Shown piece by piece: positions 8,562-18,113 of a DNA stretch of 64,000 nucleotides; the stretch's first letter is position 1; the number at the start of each line of letters is the position of its first letter. The stretch is from an uncultured delta proteobacterium (GTDB taxonomy: Bacteria; Myxococcota_A; UBA9160; UBA4427), in assembly GCA_963822965.1 (NCBI GenBank), contig CAWGJT010000011.1, forward strand, positions 92,039 through 156,038, given 5' to 3'. A program made the translations under genes and the position numbers. The notes under the pieces are model-generated. The model was not told the DNA's origin and did no database searches. It was given only the letters and a program-made list of their open reading frames with translations.

Positions 8562-8883
8562 ACGCCGGTGCTTCGGTACGTCGGGCGTACGGGTCCCGCC
8601 GTTTCCCCATCCCGTTTCGCCCGGCCTCGCCCGCCCCGGACCCCACGCCGGGGCGGGCGCTCTGCCGAACGGGTCGCAGCCCGCGACGGAGGCGGTCCGC
8701 GCAACTCGAAGATTCCGCTGCCGAGACTCGTAGCGGCTCCCAAGACCGATGTAGTCCCCCGGCTCGCTCTTGAGGACGATCCCGGTCCGAGTCCTCTTGC
8801 CCTTCCCGACGGAACGCTGGCAGAATGCCAGAAGCCCATGTTCGCTCCGACGCCATCCACGACGTGACCGATAGAACGGGCCC

Positions 8884-10770
8884 GTGCCCGAGCCGAGCCT
8901 CGCGAACGGCGATCCCGAAGCCCGCGGCATCGCCGACGGCGCTCGATCCGGTCGCTCGAAGGATCCGCGTTTGGGACGCGGCGAACGAGTCGCCGAGGTG
9001 AGCCGCGCCGTCGTGCGTCGCGCCGCGTGGGGTCTCCTCCTGGGCGTCTGGATCGGGCTCGTCGACGGTGGATGGTCGCTGCTGCCGGGAAACGGCCCGG
9101 AGGATCGGCTGCTGTCCATGGCCGTCGCGATCGGTCTGCACGTCGCGCTCTTCACGTCGCTCGCGATCGTGTTCGGTGGCGTGCTCGCGCTCGTCCGCCG
9201 CGCGCCTCCGACGGAAGCCCGCATCCAGGCACGCGTGCGCCGAGCGCGACGGCTCGCGCTGCGCGGCGCGATCGCCGGTGGGATCGCCGCCGTCGCACTC
9301 GCCGTCCTCGGCGCGGGCACCGTCCGTCCGGGATCGTCGAGTGCCCCCGAGGACTCGCGGCCGAACCTGATCCTGATCTCGGTCGACACGCTCCGCGCCG
9401 ATCACCTCGGTGCCTATGGATACGACCGGGACACCAGCCCACATCTCGACGCGCTGGTACGGCAGGGCATCCTCTTCGAGCACGCCTATTCCAGCGCCAG
9501 CTGGACGCTGCCCGCGCACGCCACGCTGCTGACGGGGCTCGATCCGATGGTGCACGGCGCACTCACCGAGCGGAGTGGGCTGCCGAGGGAGATCGACACA
9601 CTGGCCGACCAGCTCCGCGCGGCCGGCTACCGGACGGAGGCGTGGGTCGGTACGTCTCCGTACGGCTATGTTGGCGCGGCCTACGGTTTGAGCTCCGGCT
9701 TCGACGACTACCGACACTACCCCCACCCGAAGCGCCATCGCGCCTCGCTGATCGCGCGCGCGGTCGATGGCACGATCCTGGCGTGGCTCGGGCACGACAT
9801 GGCGAACGGCCACGACGAGGTCGACTCGGTGATCGACTGGCTGTGCGGTGCGGATCGGCGCCCGTTCTTCGTCTTCATCCACTTCTACGACGTGCACTCC
9901 AAGACATTCAGGCTGCCCTACGAAGCCCCGGGTCCGTTCCGCGATCGATTCTGTCCAGGTGCGCCGGACGGCTTCGGCGGGTGTCGCGGTGGTCTCTGTG
10001 CCAGCGAGCTGCTTCACGCGATGGCGAGCGGCCAAGAGCCTCCGTTCGACGCCGCGGAGCTCGACGTGGTCCGCTGCCTCTACGACGGAGCGATCGCATT
10101 CGTGGACGACGAGGTCGGCCGGCTGCTCGCCTTCGTCGACGAAAGCGGGCTCGGCGTGCGCACGGTCGTCGTCGTGACAGCCGACCATGGCGAGGCCTTC
10201 TTCGAGCACGGAGTGCCGCTGCACCTGACGCTGCACGACGAGATCACGCGCGTGCCGCTCATCGTCCGCGTGCCCGGAGGCGTGGCGGGCAAGCGTGCCC
10301 ACGGCCTCGTCGGCCTGAAGGACGTCGCGCCCACCCTGCTCGAGCTGGCGGGAATCACGAAGAAGCTCATGCAGGGCGTCAGCCTGGTGCCCGTACTGCG
10401 GGAATGGTCCGTCGAGCACGAGGACGCGGTCGTCAGCGTCTCGCTCCGGGACGCGGCGATCCGGGATGGCGACCTGAAGTACATCGATCGCGGCCTCGAG
10501 AAGACCCGGCGCGGACCGGCCCCCGAGCTCTACCGGCTCTCCGACGATCCGCACGAGCGGGACGACCGGATCGCCTGGGATACGCAGAACGCGGCGGCGC
10601 TCCTCCAGGAGCTCGACCGCCGACGGGCCGCGAGTGCGGCGCTGCGCACCCTGCTCCTCGGCCGGGACGCATCGGGCGAGAAGGTCGCGCTACCCGCAGA
10701 GGAGCGCGAGAAGCTTCGAGCGCTCGGATACCTGGCCGAGCCCGACCGCGCACCGACTGCGGAGCAATAG
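8884..10770 (+). CDS. Membrane-anchored sulfatase-like hydrolase
   Basis: N-terminal TMs, NLILISVDTLRADHL, SWTLPAHATLLTG, ADHGE, C-terminal LRALGY. Confidence 0.88.
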   Translation: MPEPSLANGDPEARGIADGARSGRSKDPRLGRGERVAEVSRAVVRRAAWGLLLGVWIGLVDGGWSLLPGNGPEDRLLSMAVAIGLHVALFTSLAIVFGGVLALVRRAPPTEARIQARVRRARRLALRGAIAGGIAAVALAVLGAGTVRPGSSSAPEDSRPNLILISVDTLRADHLGAYGYDRDTSPHLDALVRQGILFEHAYSSASWTLPAHATLLTGLDPMVHGALTERSGLPREIDTLADQLRAAGYRTEAWVGTSPYGYVGAAYGLSSGFDDYRHYPHPKRHRASLIARAVDGTILAWLGHDMANGHDEVDSVIDWLCGADRRPFFVFIHFYDVHSKTFRLPYEAPGPFRDRFCPGAPDGFGGCRGGLCASELLHAMASGQEPPFDAAELDVVRCLYDGAIAFVDDEVGRLLAFVDESGLGVRTVVVVTADHGEAFFEHGVPLHLTLHDEITRVPLIVRVPGGVAGKRAHGLVGLKDVAPTLLELAGITKKLMQGVSLVPVLREWSVEHEDAVVSVSLRDAAIRDGDLKYIDRGLEKTRRGPAPELYRLSDDPHERDDRIAWDTQNAAALLQELDRRRAASAALRTLLLGRDASGEKVALPAEEREKLRALGYLAEPDRAPTAEQ

Positions 10771-10781
10771 GTCGCCGGCGA

Positions 10782-10890
10782 TCAGGGCCGGCGGCGGCGC
10801 GCCCGTGCGGCCACCGCGATTCCCGCGAGGAGCAGCAGGCCAGTCGCCGGCTCCGGAATCTGAATGATCGGGACGCCGGCGTAGCTGACT
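10782..10890 (-). pseudogene. Orphan PEP-CTERM tail
   Basis: Reads VSYAGVPIIQIPEPATGLLLLAGIAVAARARRRRP* with no start or upstream domain. Confidence 0.7.
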
Positions 10891-10963
10891 CTCGCGGGCC
10901 TGGGCCGCCCGAACGGCGGGTCGCACGGGCGGCCGAATGCCGGCGAACTTCTGACTCAGGACA

Positions 10964-11879
10964 CTAGCCCCTCGGCGTCCAGCGCCCCGTGATGAGCGGC
11001 AGGTCGGCGTAGGTGCGAATGCCGGGCGCGGCGGCGCACACGGCCGGGATCGCGGCCACCACCGGCATGGAGGTGACGGTGTTCGCCATGTCGACGTAGT
11101 CCTCGAGACCGGCACCCCGCTTCGCGGGCGTGAAGCGTACCCGGGTGTGGACGTTCGGGTCACCCTCGACCTCCATCGTGTAGCCGTGGTGGATGGGCCA
11201 TTCCGGGTCGAGGCCCCGGCCGGCGATCCAGCACACGTCGAGCTCGAGCACGGGCTCCTCCTGGCCCAGGGCCCGGGCGGTCCAGGTGGACTTCTGGCCG
11301 GCGATCGTGCCGGCGGGCATCCGGAACCCGAAGTACTCCCGGTCCTCGGGCGTGATCGCCCACTCGCAGTCGAAGCGTCGCTCGGCCACGGGCACGCCCA
11401 GCATCTCCGCCATCACGTCGAGGCACTCGTCGTAGAAGCCGAGCACCTGGCGGCTGGCCTCCAGCCACTTCGGGTCGGGTGTCTGCCCCCATCCCAGGTT
11501 CGCGTAGTTGTGGATGGCCTGGTACGTGGAGACGTCCACGGACTCGAGGAAGCGCACCCGGCGGAAGCCGTGACTCACCGTGGCCATCTGGGCGGCGATG
11601 TAGTTCGCGAAGCCCGGGAAGATTCCGGAGCCGAAGAGGCTCGCGCCGCCCGCCGCGGCGGCCTTCTCGACGCGGGCCCGCGCCTCCTCGCCCCACGAGC
11701 GGCAGTTCGTGAGGTTGCTCGCCGCGACGTCGAGCCCCGCCTCGAGCAGCCGGCAGATCTCGTCGACGTCGGGATGATTCGGCGTGTAGCAGACGCAGTC
11801 GGCGCCGAGGGCGACGAGCGCCTCGACGTCGTGGGTGGCGGCGACGCCGAGGCGGCCCAGTCCGCACAGCTCGCCGACG
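10964..11879 (-). pseudogene. Dihydrodipicolinate-reductase-like NAD(P) oxidoreductase, 5'-truncated
   Basis: Frame of ORF 10964-11587 extends upstream as VGELCG..GVAATHDV..ADCVCYTP..LFGSGIFPGF; C-terminal AAAPGIRTYADLP; N-terminal Rossmann start missing. Confidence 0.8.
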
Positions 11880-11984
11880 GCGCGGCTGCTTCGCTACGCG
11901 GCTGTAAGCGGTCATTTCGGAGCGTTCTCCCGGAGCCGATCGGGCTGATCTAAGAACCGACCTTCCCAGAGGAGGAGGGTTCGG

Positions 11985-12293
11985 ATGCGAGTTTAGTCGA
12001 ACGGGAAGATCCGTCGGACGGCTTCGGAGTGGGAGGCATTGCTCAGGGCGCAGCGCGAGAGCGGGCTGTCGGAGGCGGCCTTCTGCCGCCGCAAGAAGAT
12101 CTCGAAGAGCAGCTTCTCGAAGGCGAAGCAGCGGCACCCGCGGCGGTGCGCCAACCGCCAGCCCAAGGCGCCGGCCTTCGTCGAGCTGTCGGGACCGGCG
12201 ACGGGGGGACACGAAGCGCCGGCGACGTCGTTCACGGCGAGCGAGTTCGAGCTGAGCCTGCCGGGCGGCATCGTGCTGCGCTGGAAGGCGTAG
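11985..12293 (+). CDS. tnpA: IS66 accessory protein TnpA (in-frame TAG at codon 4)
   Basis: MRV*SNGKIRRTASEW...SGLSEAAFCRR...AFVEL...ELSLPGGIVLRW. Confidence 0.75.
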
Positions 12294-12296
12294 CCC

Positions 12297-12617
12297 GTGT
12301 GGCTCGCCGAGCAGCCGCGTCGGATCTTCGCCTACACGGAGCCCACCGACATGCGCAAGTCGTTCCAGGGGCTGCTGGCGTTGGTGCAGCAGGTCTTCCG
12401 AAGCGAGGATCCGTACGCGGGCAGCCTGTTCGTCTTCGTGAACCGGCGCGGCAACTACGTGAAAATCCTCGCCTGGGACCGGACGGGCTTCGTGCTGTTC
12501 GCGAAGAAGCTCGAGCGAGGGCGCTTCGTGTTCCCGGGCCAGGCGGCGTCGCAGGAGATCTCGGATCGGTCCCTTCGCTTCATCTTGGACGGGATCCCTC
12601 TTGGAACGAGACGTTAG
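12297..12617 (+). CDS. tnpB: IS66 accessory protein TnpB
   Basis: PTDMRKSFQGL, LFVFVNRR, KILAWDRTGF, KKLERGRF. Confidence 0.93.
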   Translation: MWLAEQPRRIFAYTEPTDMRKSFQGLLALVQQVFRSEDPYAGSLFVFVNRRGNYVKILAWDRTGFVLFAKKLERGRFVFPGQAASQEISDRSLRFILDGIPLGTRR

Positions 12618-12635
12618 GTTCACTACTTTACGGTC

Positions 12636-14201
12636 GTGGCGCGCGAACAACTCGATCCTGTCGACCGTGAAGAGCTGATCGACCAGGTCCTCGCGTCGCA
12701 CCGACGTGCCGAGGAAGAGCAAGCACGTCGCATCGAGGCCGAGCGCCAGCTCGCGTGGTTGAAGCAGCAGCTGTTCGGAGCCAAGTCCGAGCTCCGTGTT
12801 CCCACCGCCAACGACCCCGAGCAGCTCACACTCGGCCAGTCGCTCGAGCTGGACAGCGAGCCGCGGCCCGTCGAGCCCCACTCCGTGCGGGATCATCTGC
12901 GGCGCCCGCCCCAGATCAAGACCGACCGCGACGACAAGGGCCTTCGCTTCGACGCATCGGTGCCGGTCGAGACGATCGAGGTCCCCGCTCCCGAGCTCCT
13001 GGGCCCGGACGCGGATCAGTACCGCGTGATCGCCGAGAAGGAGACCTTCCGTCTCGCACAGCAGACCTGCACCTACAAGGTGCTTCGCTACGTACGACCC
13101 GTGGTGCAGCGCATCGAGGACAGAACGCTCTCGGGCCCGCTGGCTCCCGCCTCCGTCGTACCGGGCAGCTACGCCGACGTGAGCCTGCTTGCGGGGATGC
13201 TCGTCGACAAGTTCCGCTACCACCTGCCGCTCTATCGTCAGCACCAGCGGATGAAGGCCTGCGGGATCGCGGTGAGCCGCGCTTCGCTCTCGAACTGGGT
13301 GCACCAGGCGATCGACTTGCTCGAGCCTGTCTACGAAGCGCAGCTGGGCTCGATCCTGGCAAGCCGGGTCGTGGCGATGGACGAGACCCCGATCCGCGCC
13401 GGTCGCAAGGCCAAGGGCAAGATGCGAACCGGCTACTTCTGGCCGCTCTACGGAGATCGCGACGAAGTGGCGTTCCCGTACGCGTCGTCGCGCTCGCACA
13501 AGCACGTCGAAGAGATCCTGGGAGCGTTCTCGGGGACGCTGCTCTCGGACGGCTATGCGGGCTACGCACGCTATGCCGCGCAGCGCGACGAGGTGGTCCA
13601 CGCGCAGTGCTGGGTCCACGCGCGGCGCGGCTTCGTGCGGGCCGAGGACGTCGAGCCCCGACGTTCGGCCGAGGCGCTCGACCGGATCGCTGCGCTCTAT
13701 GCAGTGGAGGCGGAGATCGCGGGGCTCGAGGCAGAGGCGAAGCTCGCAGCGCGAGGCGCGCGGTGCCGACCGATCGTGGGGGAGCTGTTCGCGTGGCTCG
13801 AACGCGAGCTCACCGAATCGGCCCTACTGCCGACGAACGCGTTCACGAAGGCAGCGCACTACGTGCTCGAGCGCCGGGCGGGCCTCGAGGTCTTCCTGGC
13901 CGACCCGGACGTGGCGCCGGATACGAACCATCTGGAGCGGGCGCTGCGCACGATCCCGATGGGGCGCAAGAACTGGCTCTTCTGCTGGACCGAGGTCGGG
14001 GCCGAGAAGGTCGGGATCGTGCAGAGCTTGATCTCCACGTGCGTGCTGCACGGCGTCGACCCCTCCACCTACCTGGTCGACGTGCTGCAACGGATCGACT
14101 CGCACCCGTTCGCTCGAGTCGACCAGCTCACTCCCAGGCTCTGGAAGGAACTCTTCGCCAAGGACCCCCTGCGTTCCGATCTCGATCGAGCCCCGCCGTA
14201 A
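12636..14201 (+). CDS. tnpC: IS66 transposase TnpC
   Basis: LFGAKSE, HLPLYRQ, MDETP, SDGYAGY, CWVHARR, DTNHLER, GRKNWLF. Confidence 0.95.
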   Translation: MAREQLDPVDREELIDQVLASHRRAEEEQARRIEAERQLAWLKQQLFGAKSELRVPTANDPEQLTLGQSLELDSEPRPVEPHSVRDHLRRPPQIKTDRDDKGLRFDASVPVETIEVPAPELLGPDADQYRVIAEKETFRLAQQTCTYKVLRYVRPVVQRIEDRTLSGPLAPASVVPGSYADVSLLAGMLVDKFRYHLPLYRQHQRMKACGIAVSRASLSNWVHQAIDLLEPVYEAQLGSILASRVVAMDETPIRAGRKAKGKMRTGYFWPLYGDRDEVAFPYASSRSHKHVEEILGAFSGTLLSDGYAGYARYAAQRDEVVHAQCWVHARRGFVRAEDVEPRRSAEALDRIAALYAVEAEIAGLEAEAKLAARGARCRPIVGELFAWLERELTESALLPTNAFTKAAHYVLERRAGLEVFLADPDVAPDTNHLERALRTIPMGRKNWLFCWTEVGAEKVGIVQSLISTCVLHGVDPSTYLVDVLQRIDSHPFARVDQLTPRLWKELFAKDPLRSDLDRAPP

Positions 14202-14247
14202 GCAAGGACGCCGCAGGCTGACCGCTTACGCCTTTGCTGAAAGCTTG

Positions 14248-14340
14248 CCCGATGTAGCGTTCCATCGGTGCCTCCTCTCGTTGGGGGTTGTCGTGCTTCC
14301 AATTCGAGGATGTCCAACGGGGGCGGGAGGCACCAACCCA
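14248..14340 (-). mobile_element. Probable IS110-type left end with first six transposase codons
   Basis: GGAGG RBS + ATG GAA CGC TAC ATC GGG (MERYIG). Stem GGTGCCTCC/GGAGGCACC and inner CGTTGG/CCAACG. Confidence 0.5.
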
Positions 14341-14439
14341 TCTGATCTCAGGGGCTTACGTCGTTGGCTGCAGACGCCATCCGCTTGTGATGCTTGTCCT
14401 CAGTGTCTTCACAAGAGCACCCCCTGAACGGGAGTCGAG

Positions 14440-15198
14440 ATGCCCCCTTCCCCTCGAGCACTTCCCCCGGCGTTGGTGGTCTTCGGCGGCACTGGCTTCG
14501 TGGGCACGGCCGTGTTGGCGGAGGCCCTGTTGCAGGACGAGGACCTTCAGATCTTCGCGGTGAGTCGAGCGGGAGTCGCGCCCGCGTGGCTCTCGGACGA
14601 GCCGGTGTACCAGACCACCCGACTCCGCTTCGTGAGCGGGGACCTGCTGGCGCCGCAGACCGTTCGCGACGCGCTGCGCGCCGTGACGCCGGGACACGAC
14701 ATCGTGGGGTGCATCTCGTGCGTGGGGGCGATCACGCCGTGGTCGCAGACGAACATGGTGCGGACCTGCGGCGACGCGAACATCAACGCGTACACCATCA
14801 GCAGGGAGATCGGTGCCGCCCGGTTCGCCGTGATGACGCGGGACCGGTCGAACATGGACGACTGGTGGTATCCCTTCCCGCACCTGCTCCCGGGCTACTA
14901 CGAGGGCAAGCGCAAGATCGAGGAGTTCGTGGAGCGCGACGTCGAGAACGCCGGCAACGCGATCTGCCTCCGCGCGGGGTTCGTCGTCGGGACGAGAAGG
15001 ACTCTGCCCGGACTGCCCACGTCGCTGAGGATCGCGGTGCCGCTGGACGGCTTGTACAAGCTGGTGGAGCGGCTGTGCCCGACGATCGGCGTGGAGGAGC
15101 TGGCGGCGGCGGCCGTGAGGTTCGTGCTGTCGGAGAGAAAGGCGGAGACGGTGCTGGTGCCGAACGACGCGATACCAGACTATTTCAAAGAGCCTTGA
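14440..15198 (+). CDS. NAD(P)-binding epimerase/dehydratase-like protein
   Basis: VFGGTGFVG, YYEGK (YxxxK), LRAGFVVG. Confidence 0.8.
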   Translation: MPPSPRALPPALVVFGGTGFVGTAVLAEALLQDEDLQIFAVSRAGVAPAWLSDEPVYQTTRLRFVSGDLLAPQTVRDALRAVTPGHDIVGCISCVGAITPWSQTNMVRTCGDANINAYTISREIGAARFAVMTRDRSNMDDWWYPFPHLLPGYYEGKRKIEEFVERDVENAGNAICLRAGFVVGTRRTLPGLPTSLRIAVPLDGLYKLVERLCPTIGVEELAAAAVRFVLSERKAETVLVPNDAIPDYFKEP

Positions 15199-15428
15199 GA
15201 CGGCGACGAGCTGCTTCGACGAGACGAGACGAACGCCCGGCTCGATGTGCTCCGCGAGCGCTTGGCCGATCGCTTGCGCTCCCGCGGGGTGAGGCCGATC
15301 GGCGCTCTCCTGCTTCGACGCGCTGCGTCGTCGGTGCGATGGCTGTACTTCGGTCTTGACTTCGACCCCCGATGCAGTGTGGAGTCGGGGGAGCCGGCCT
15401 GACGGAGAGGGCGGGTGGAGGAGGAGTC

Positions 15429-17378
15429 ATGAAGATTCGAACCGCGTCGCTCGTCGTTCTCGCTCTCGCCCTCGCCGGCTTCTTCTTCCCCAGGGGATGC
15501 GGGCCCGGCATCGTGCTCGCCGGCGCGGCATCGCGATCCGTGCTGCCCCTCGTCGACGGCAGCCTCGACTACCTCGACGCCGGGTTCCCGGATCGCCAGG
15601 ACCCGACCGACCCCGGCATCGTCGTGCCCGCCTGGGACGACGGCCGCATCGCGGTGGGCAACGGCGACAGCTTCTCGGCGTGGGTCCACGACGACCTGCG
15701 GGTGACGGCCCTGGCCATCGACGATCCGTTCAGCGAGGACCTGGTCGTGATCGTGGCGAGCGATCTCTACATGATCTTCCGCACCGACGGCGACGAGATC
15801 CGCGCCAAGGCGGCGGCCCAGCTGCCCTCCCGGCTGGCCGATCGCATGCGCGTCGTCATCAGCGCCAACCACAACCACCACGGGCCGGACACCGCCTTCG
15901 ACGTCAATCATTCGTGGTACGAGCACATGACCGACCAGGCCGCAGCCGCCGTGGTGGAGGCGGTGCAGTCGCGCCGGCTCGCGCGGCTGCGCGTGGCCGC
16001 CGGCGAGCACTGGTTCGGCATGAACGACAGCACCGATCCGCAGATCTTCGACCCGCGGCTGAACGCCCTGCAGGTGGTGGACCTGCGCGGTGACGTGATC
16101 GCCACCGCCGTGCAGTGGAACAACCATCCCGAGGGCACCCTGGGCTACCACCCGCCGCAGTCGGCGATCGCCGACGACTGCGTGGTGCTCGGCCTCTCCG
16201 GCGGCGACTGCGACGCCGAAGGCCGCTACTTCACGGCCGACTACCCGGGCGTGCTGCGTGAAGACCTCCAGGCCCGCTACGGCGGCGAGGTGCTCTACAT
16301 GAACGGAGCCCTCGGCGTGCTGATCGGGCCCGGCGGCGCGCAGGTCTGGGAGGTGACCGAGGACCATCCGCTGGGCAACCAGCTGGTGGCGCCTGCCGGC
16401 GCCGAGCCGGCCGGGGGCGGCAGCGACTACACGGCCCGCAACTTCCGCCGCACCGCCGTGGTGGGCGAGCAGCTGGCGCTGGCGGTCGAGCGCATCCTCG
16501 ACGACGCCGAGCGGATCGCGAAGCCGCGGGTCTCGTACGCGGTGGAGCCGTTCTACACGCGGCTCAGCAACATCGGCTTCCGCTTCCTGCTCGTGGTCGA
16601 TCCGAACACGGGCTTCACCGCGCTCGGCCACAACGTTGCGGAGATCTACACCTGCGACCTCCCCGCCAGCGATGCCACCTGCACGCCGGACGGGGGCGCC
16701 GACGAGCCGGACCCGTTGCTCGGATCGATCCGCGTGGGCGACCACCTGCGCAGCGCGGTCGAGTACGTGAAGATCGGGCCGGTGGGCATGATGTTCATGC
16801 CCGGGGAGATGCCGGGCGAGCTGACCGCCGGCCTGCCCTCGGGATTCCGGTCGCACCCGGAGGACTGGTACGAGGAGCCGCCGGGCCGACACGCCTTCGG
16901 CGCGGACTACACCATCCCGGGCTACACGGCGAACCGCATGGACGACGCCTACCGCTGGACGATCGGCCTGGGCAGCGACGAGCTCGGCTACTTCATCCCG
17001 ATCTCGAACTTCCGGGTGCTGTGCGTCGCGGACCAGCTCGCCGGGCCCGGCGCCTGCCAGCAGCTGTACGACTTCGGCGTCATCGACTTCCCCGACTCCG
17101 TCGCCGGCAGCACCTGCAAGGCCATCACCGAGGACCCCTCGCTGCTGGGCAACTACCCGCCGGACGCCGCGACTGCGCTGGCCGCCAGCTGCCGCTACGG
17201 GCAGGCCCTGGGAGAGGCCGACGGACACTACGAGGAGACGAACGCGGCCGGCTGGGACATGGCCCAGGACATGATGACCGCCGTGGGCGCCATCACCGGC
17301 AACGACGACCCGACCGAGGTGAACCCCGACTTCCCCGGCTGGTGGCAGGGCTACCTGCCGCCGGGCGACCTGCCGTAG
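15429..17378 (+). CDS. Secreted neutral/alkaline-ceramidase-like protein
   Basis: Signal peptide, VHDDL, ISANHNHHGPDT, WNNHPE, TADYPG, GEMPGEL, HYEETN. Confidence 0.7.
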   Translation: MKIRTASLVVLALALAGFFFPRGCGPGIVLAGAASRSVLPLVDGSLDYLDAGFPDRQDPTDPGIVVPAWDDGRIAVGNGDSFSAWVHDDLRVTALAIDDPFSEDLVVIVASDLYMIFRTDGDEIRAKAAAQLPSRLADRMRVVISANHNHHGPDTAFDVNHSWYEHMTDQAAAAVVEAVQSRRLARLRVAAGEHWFGMNDSTDPQIFDPRLNALQVVDLRGDVIATAVQWNNHPEGTLGYHPPQSAIADDCVVLGLSGGDCDAEGRYFTADYPGVLREDLQARYGGEVLYMNGALGVLIGPGGAQVWEVTEDHPLGNQLVAPAGAEPAGGGSDYTARNFRRTAVVGEQLALAVERILDDAERIAKPRVSYAVEPFYTRLSNIGFRFLLVVDPNTGFTALGHNVAEIYTCDLPASDATCTPDGGADEPDPLLGSIRVGDHLRSAVEYVKIGPVGMMFMPGEMPGELTAGLPSGFRSHPEDWYEEPPGRHAFGADYTIPGYTANRMDDAYRWTIGLGSDELGYFIPISNFRVLCVADQLAGPGACQQLYDFGVIDFPDSVAGSTCKAITEDPSLLGNYPPDAATALAASCRYGQALGEADGHYEETNAAGWDMAQDMMTAVGAITGNDDPTEVNPDFPGWWQGYLPPGDLP

Positions 17379-17408
17379 GGGGAGCACCACCCTGCGGCGT
17401 GGTCCGAC

Positions 17409-17783
17409 ATGAGCGACGACCCCGACTCGATCGCATCGGCGTTCTTCGCCGCGATCGAGCGGGGCGACCTGGACGCAGTTCGCGACCTGTACGCCCCCGA
17501 CGCGCAGATCTGGCACAACGTCACGGGTCGGTCGCAGACGCGTGAGGAGAATCTGGATCTCCTCCGATACTTCACCGGACGGGTCGGCGAGCGCCGGTAC
17601 GAGGTGCTCGCACGCGAGCACTTCCCGGGAGGCTTCGTGCAGCGACACGTCCTCCATGGGAAGCTGGCGTCGGGCGAAGCCATCGCCGCACCGGTCTGCC
17701 TCGTCGTTCACGTGTCCGGCGGTCGGATCGAGCGTCTCTTCGAGTACCTCGACTCCCGGCACGTCCGTGGCGCCTTCACCTAG
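17409..17783 (+). CDS. SnoaL/NTF2-like protein
   Basis: FFAAIERGDLD, YAPDAQIWHN, GFVQRHV, RIERLFEYLDS. Confidence 0.85.
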   Translation: MSDDPDSIASAFFAAIERGDLDAVRDLYAPDAQIWHNVTGRSQTREENLDLLRYFTGRVGERRYEVLAREHFPGGFVQRHVLHGKLASGEAIAAPVCLVVHVSGGRIERLFEYLDSRHVRGAFT

Positions 17784-17832
17784 GCCATCGGATGCGTCGC
17801 TCGAGGAACACGCATCCGGCTGAGGGTCGCTG

Positions 17833-17965
17833 CTACGGCGCGTCTGCTGCATCGGCGAACGGGTCGCGAATCCGCAACCCCTCGAGCTTCCGGAAGTCGC
17901 GGTCGTGAGTCCAGAGAGTGGTCACCCCGTGCTGGAGCAACAGTGCGGTGATGTGCGCGTACGGG
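17833..17965 (-). pseudogene. VapC/PIN toxin C-terminal remnant
   Basis: AHITALLLQHGVTTLWTHDRDFRKLEGLRIRDPF without an N-terminal part. Confidence 0.7.
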
Positions 17966-18113
17966 CCAGGGCAGGCAGCAGAGCTCGGGCCCCTTGGCGC
18001 ACCGGTCGATGGCAGCCACCCGAGCAGACCGAGCGGCGTTGTCCAGCTGGAGCGAGAGCTGCCCGGCTCTCTGTACCGCACTCGGCGCTCTGGGGTGGTC
18101 AGCCTCTTTCGTC

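Larger units (their letters stand above)
11904..14229 (+). mobile_element. IS66-family element
   Basis: Terminal IRs GTAAGCGGTCA / TGACCGCTTAC enclosing tnpA-tnpB-tnpC. Confidence 0.95.
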
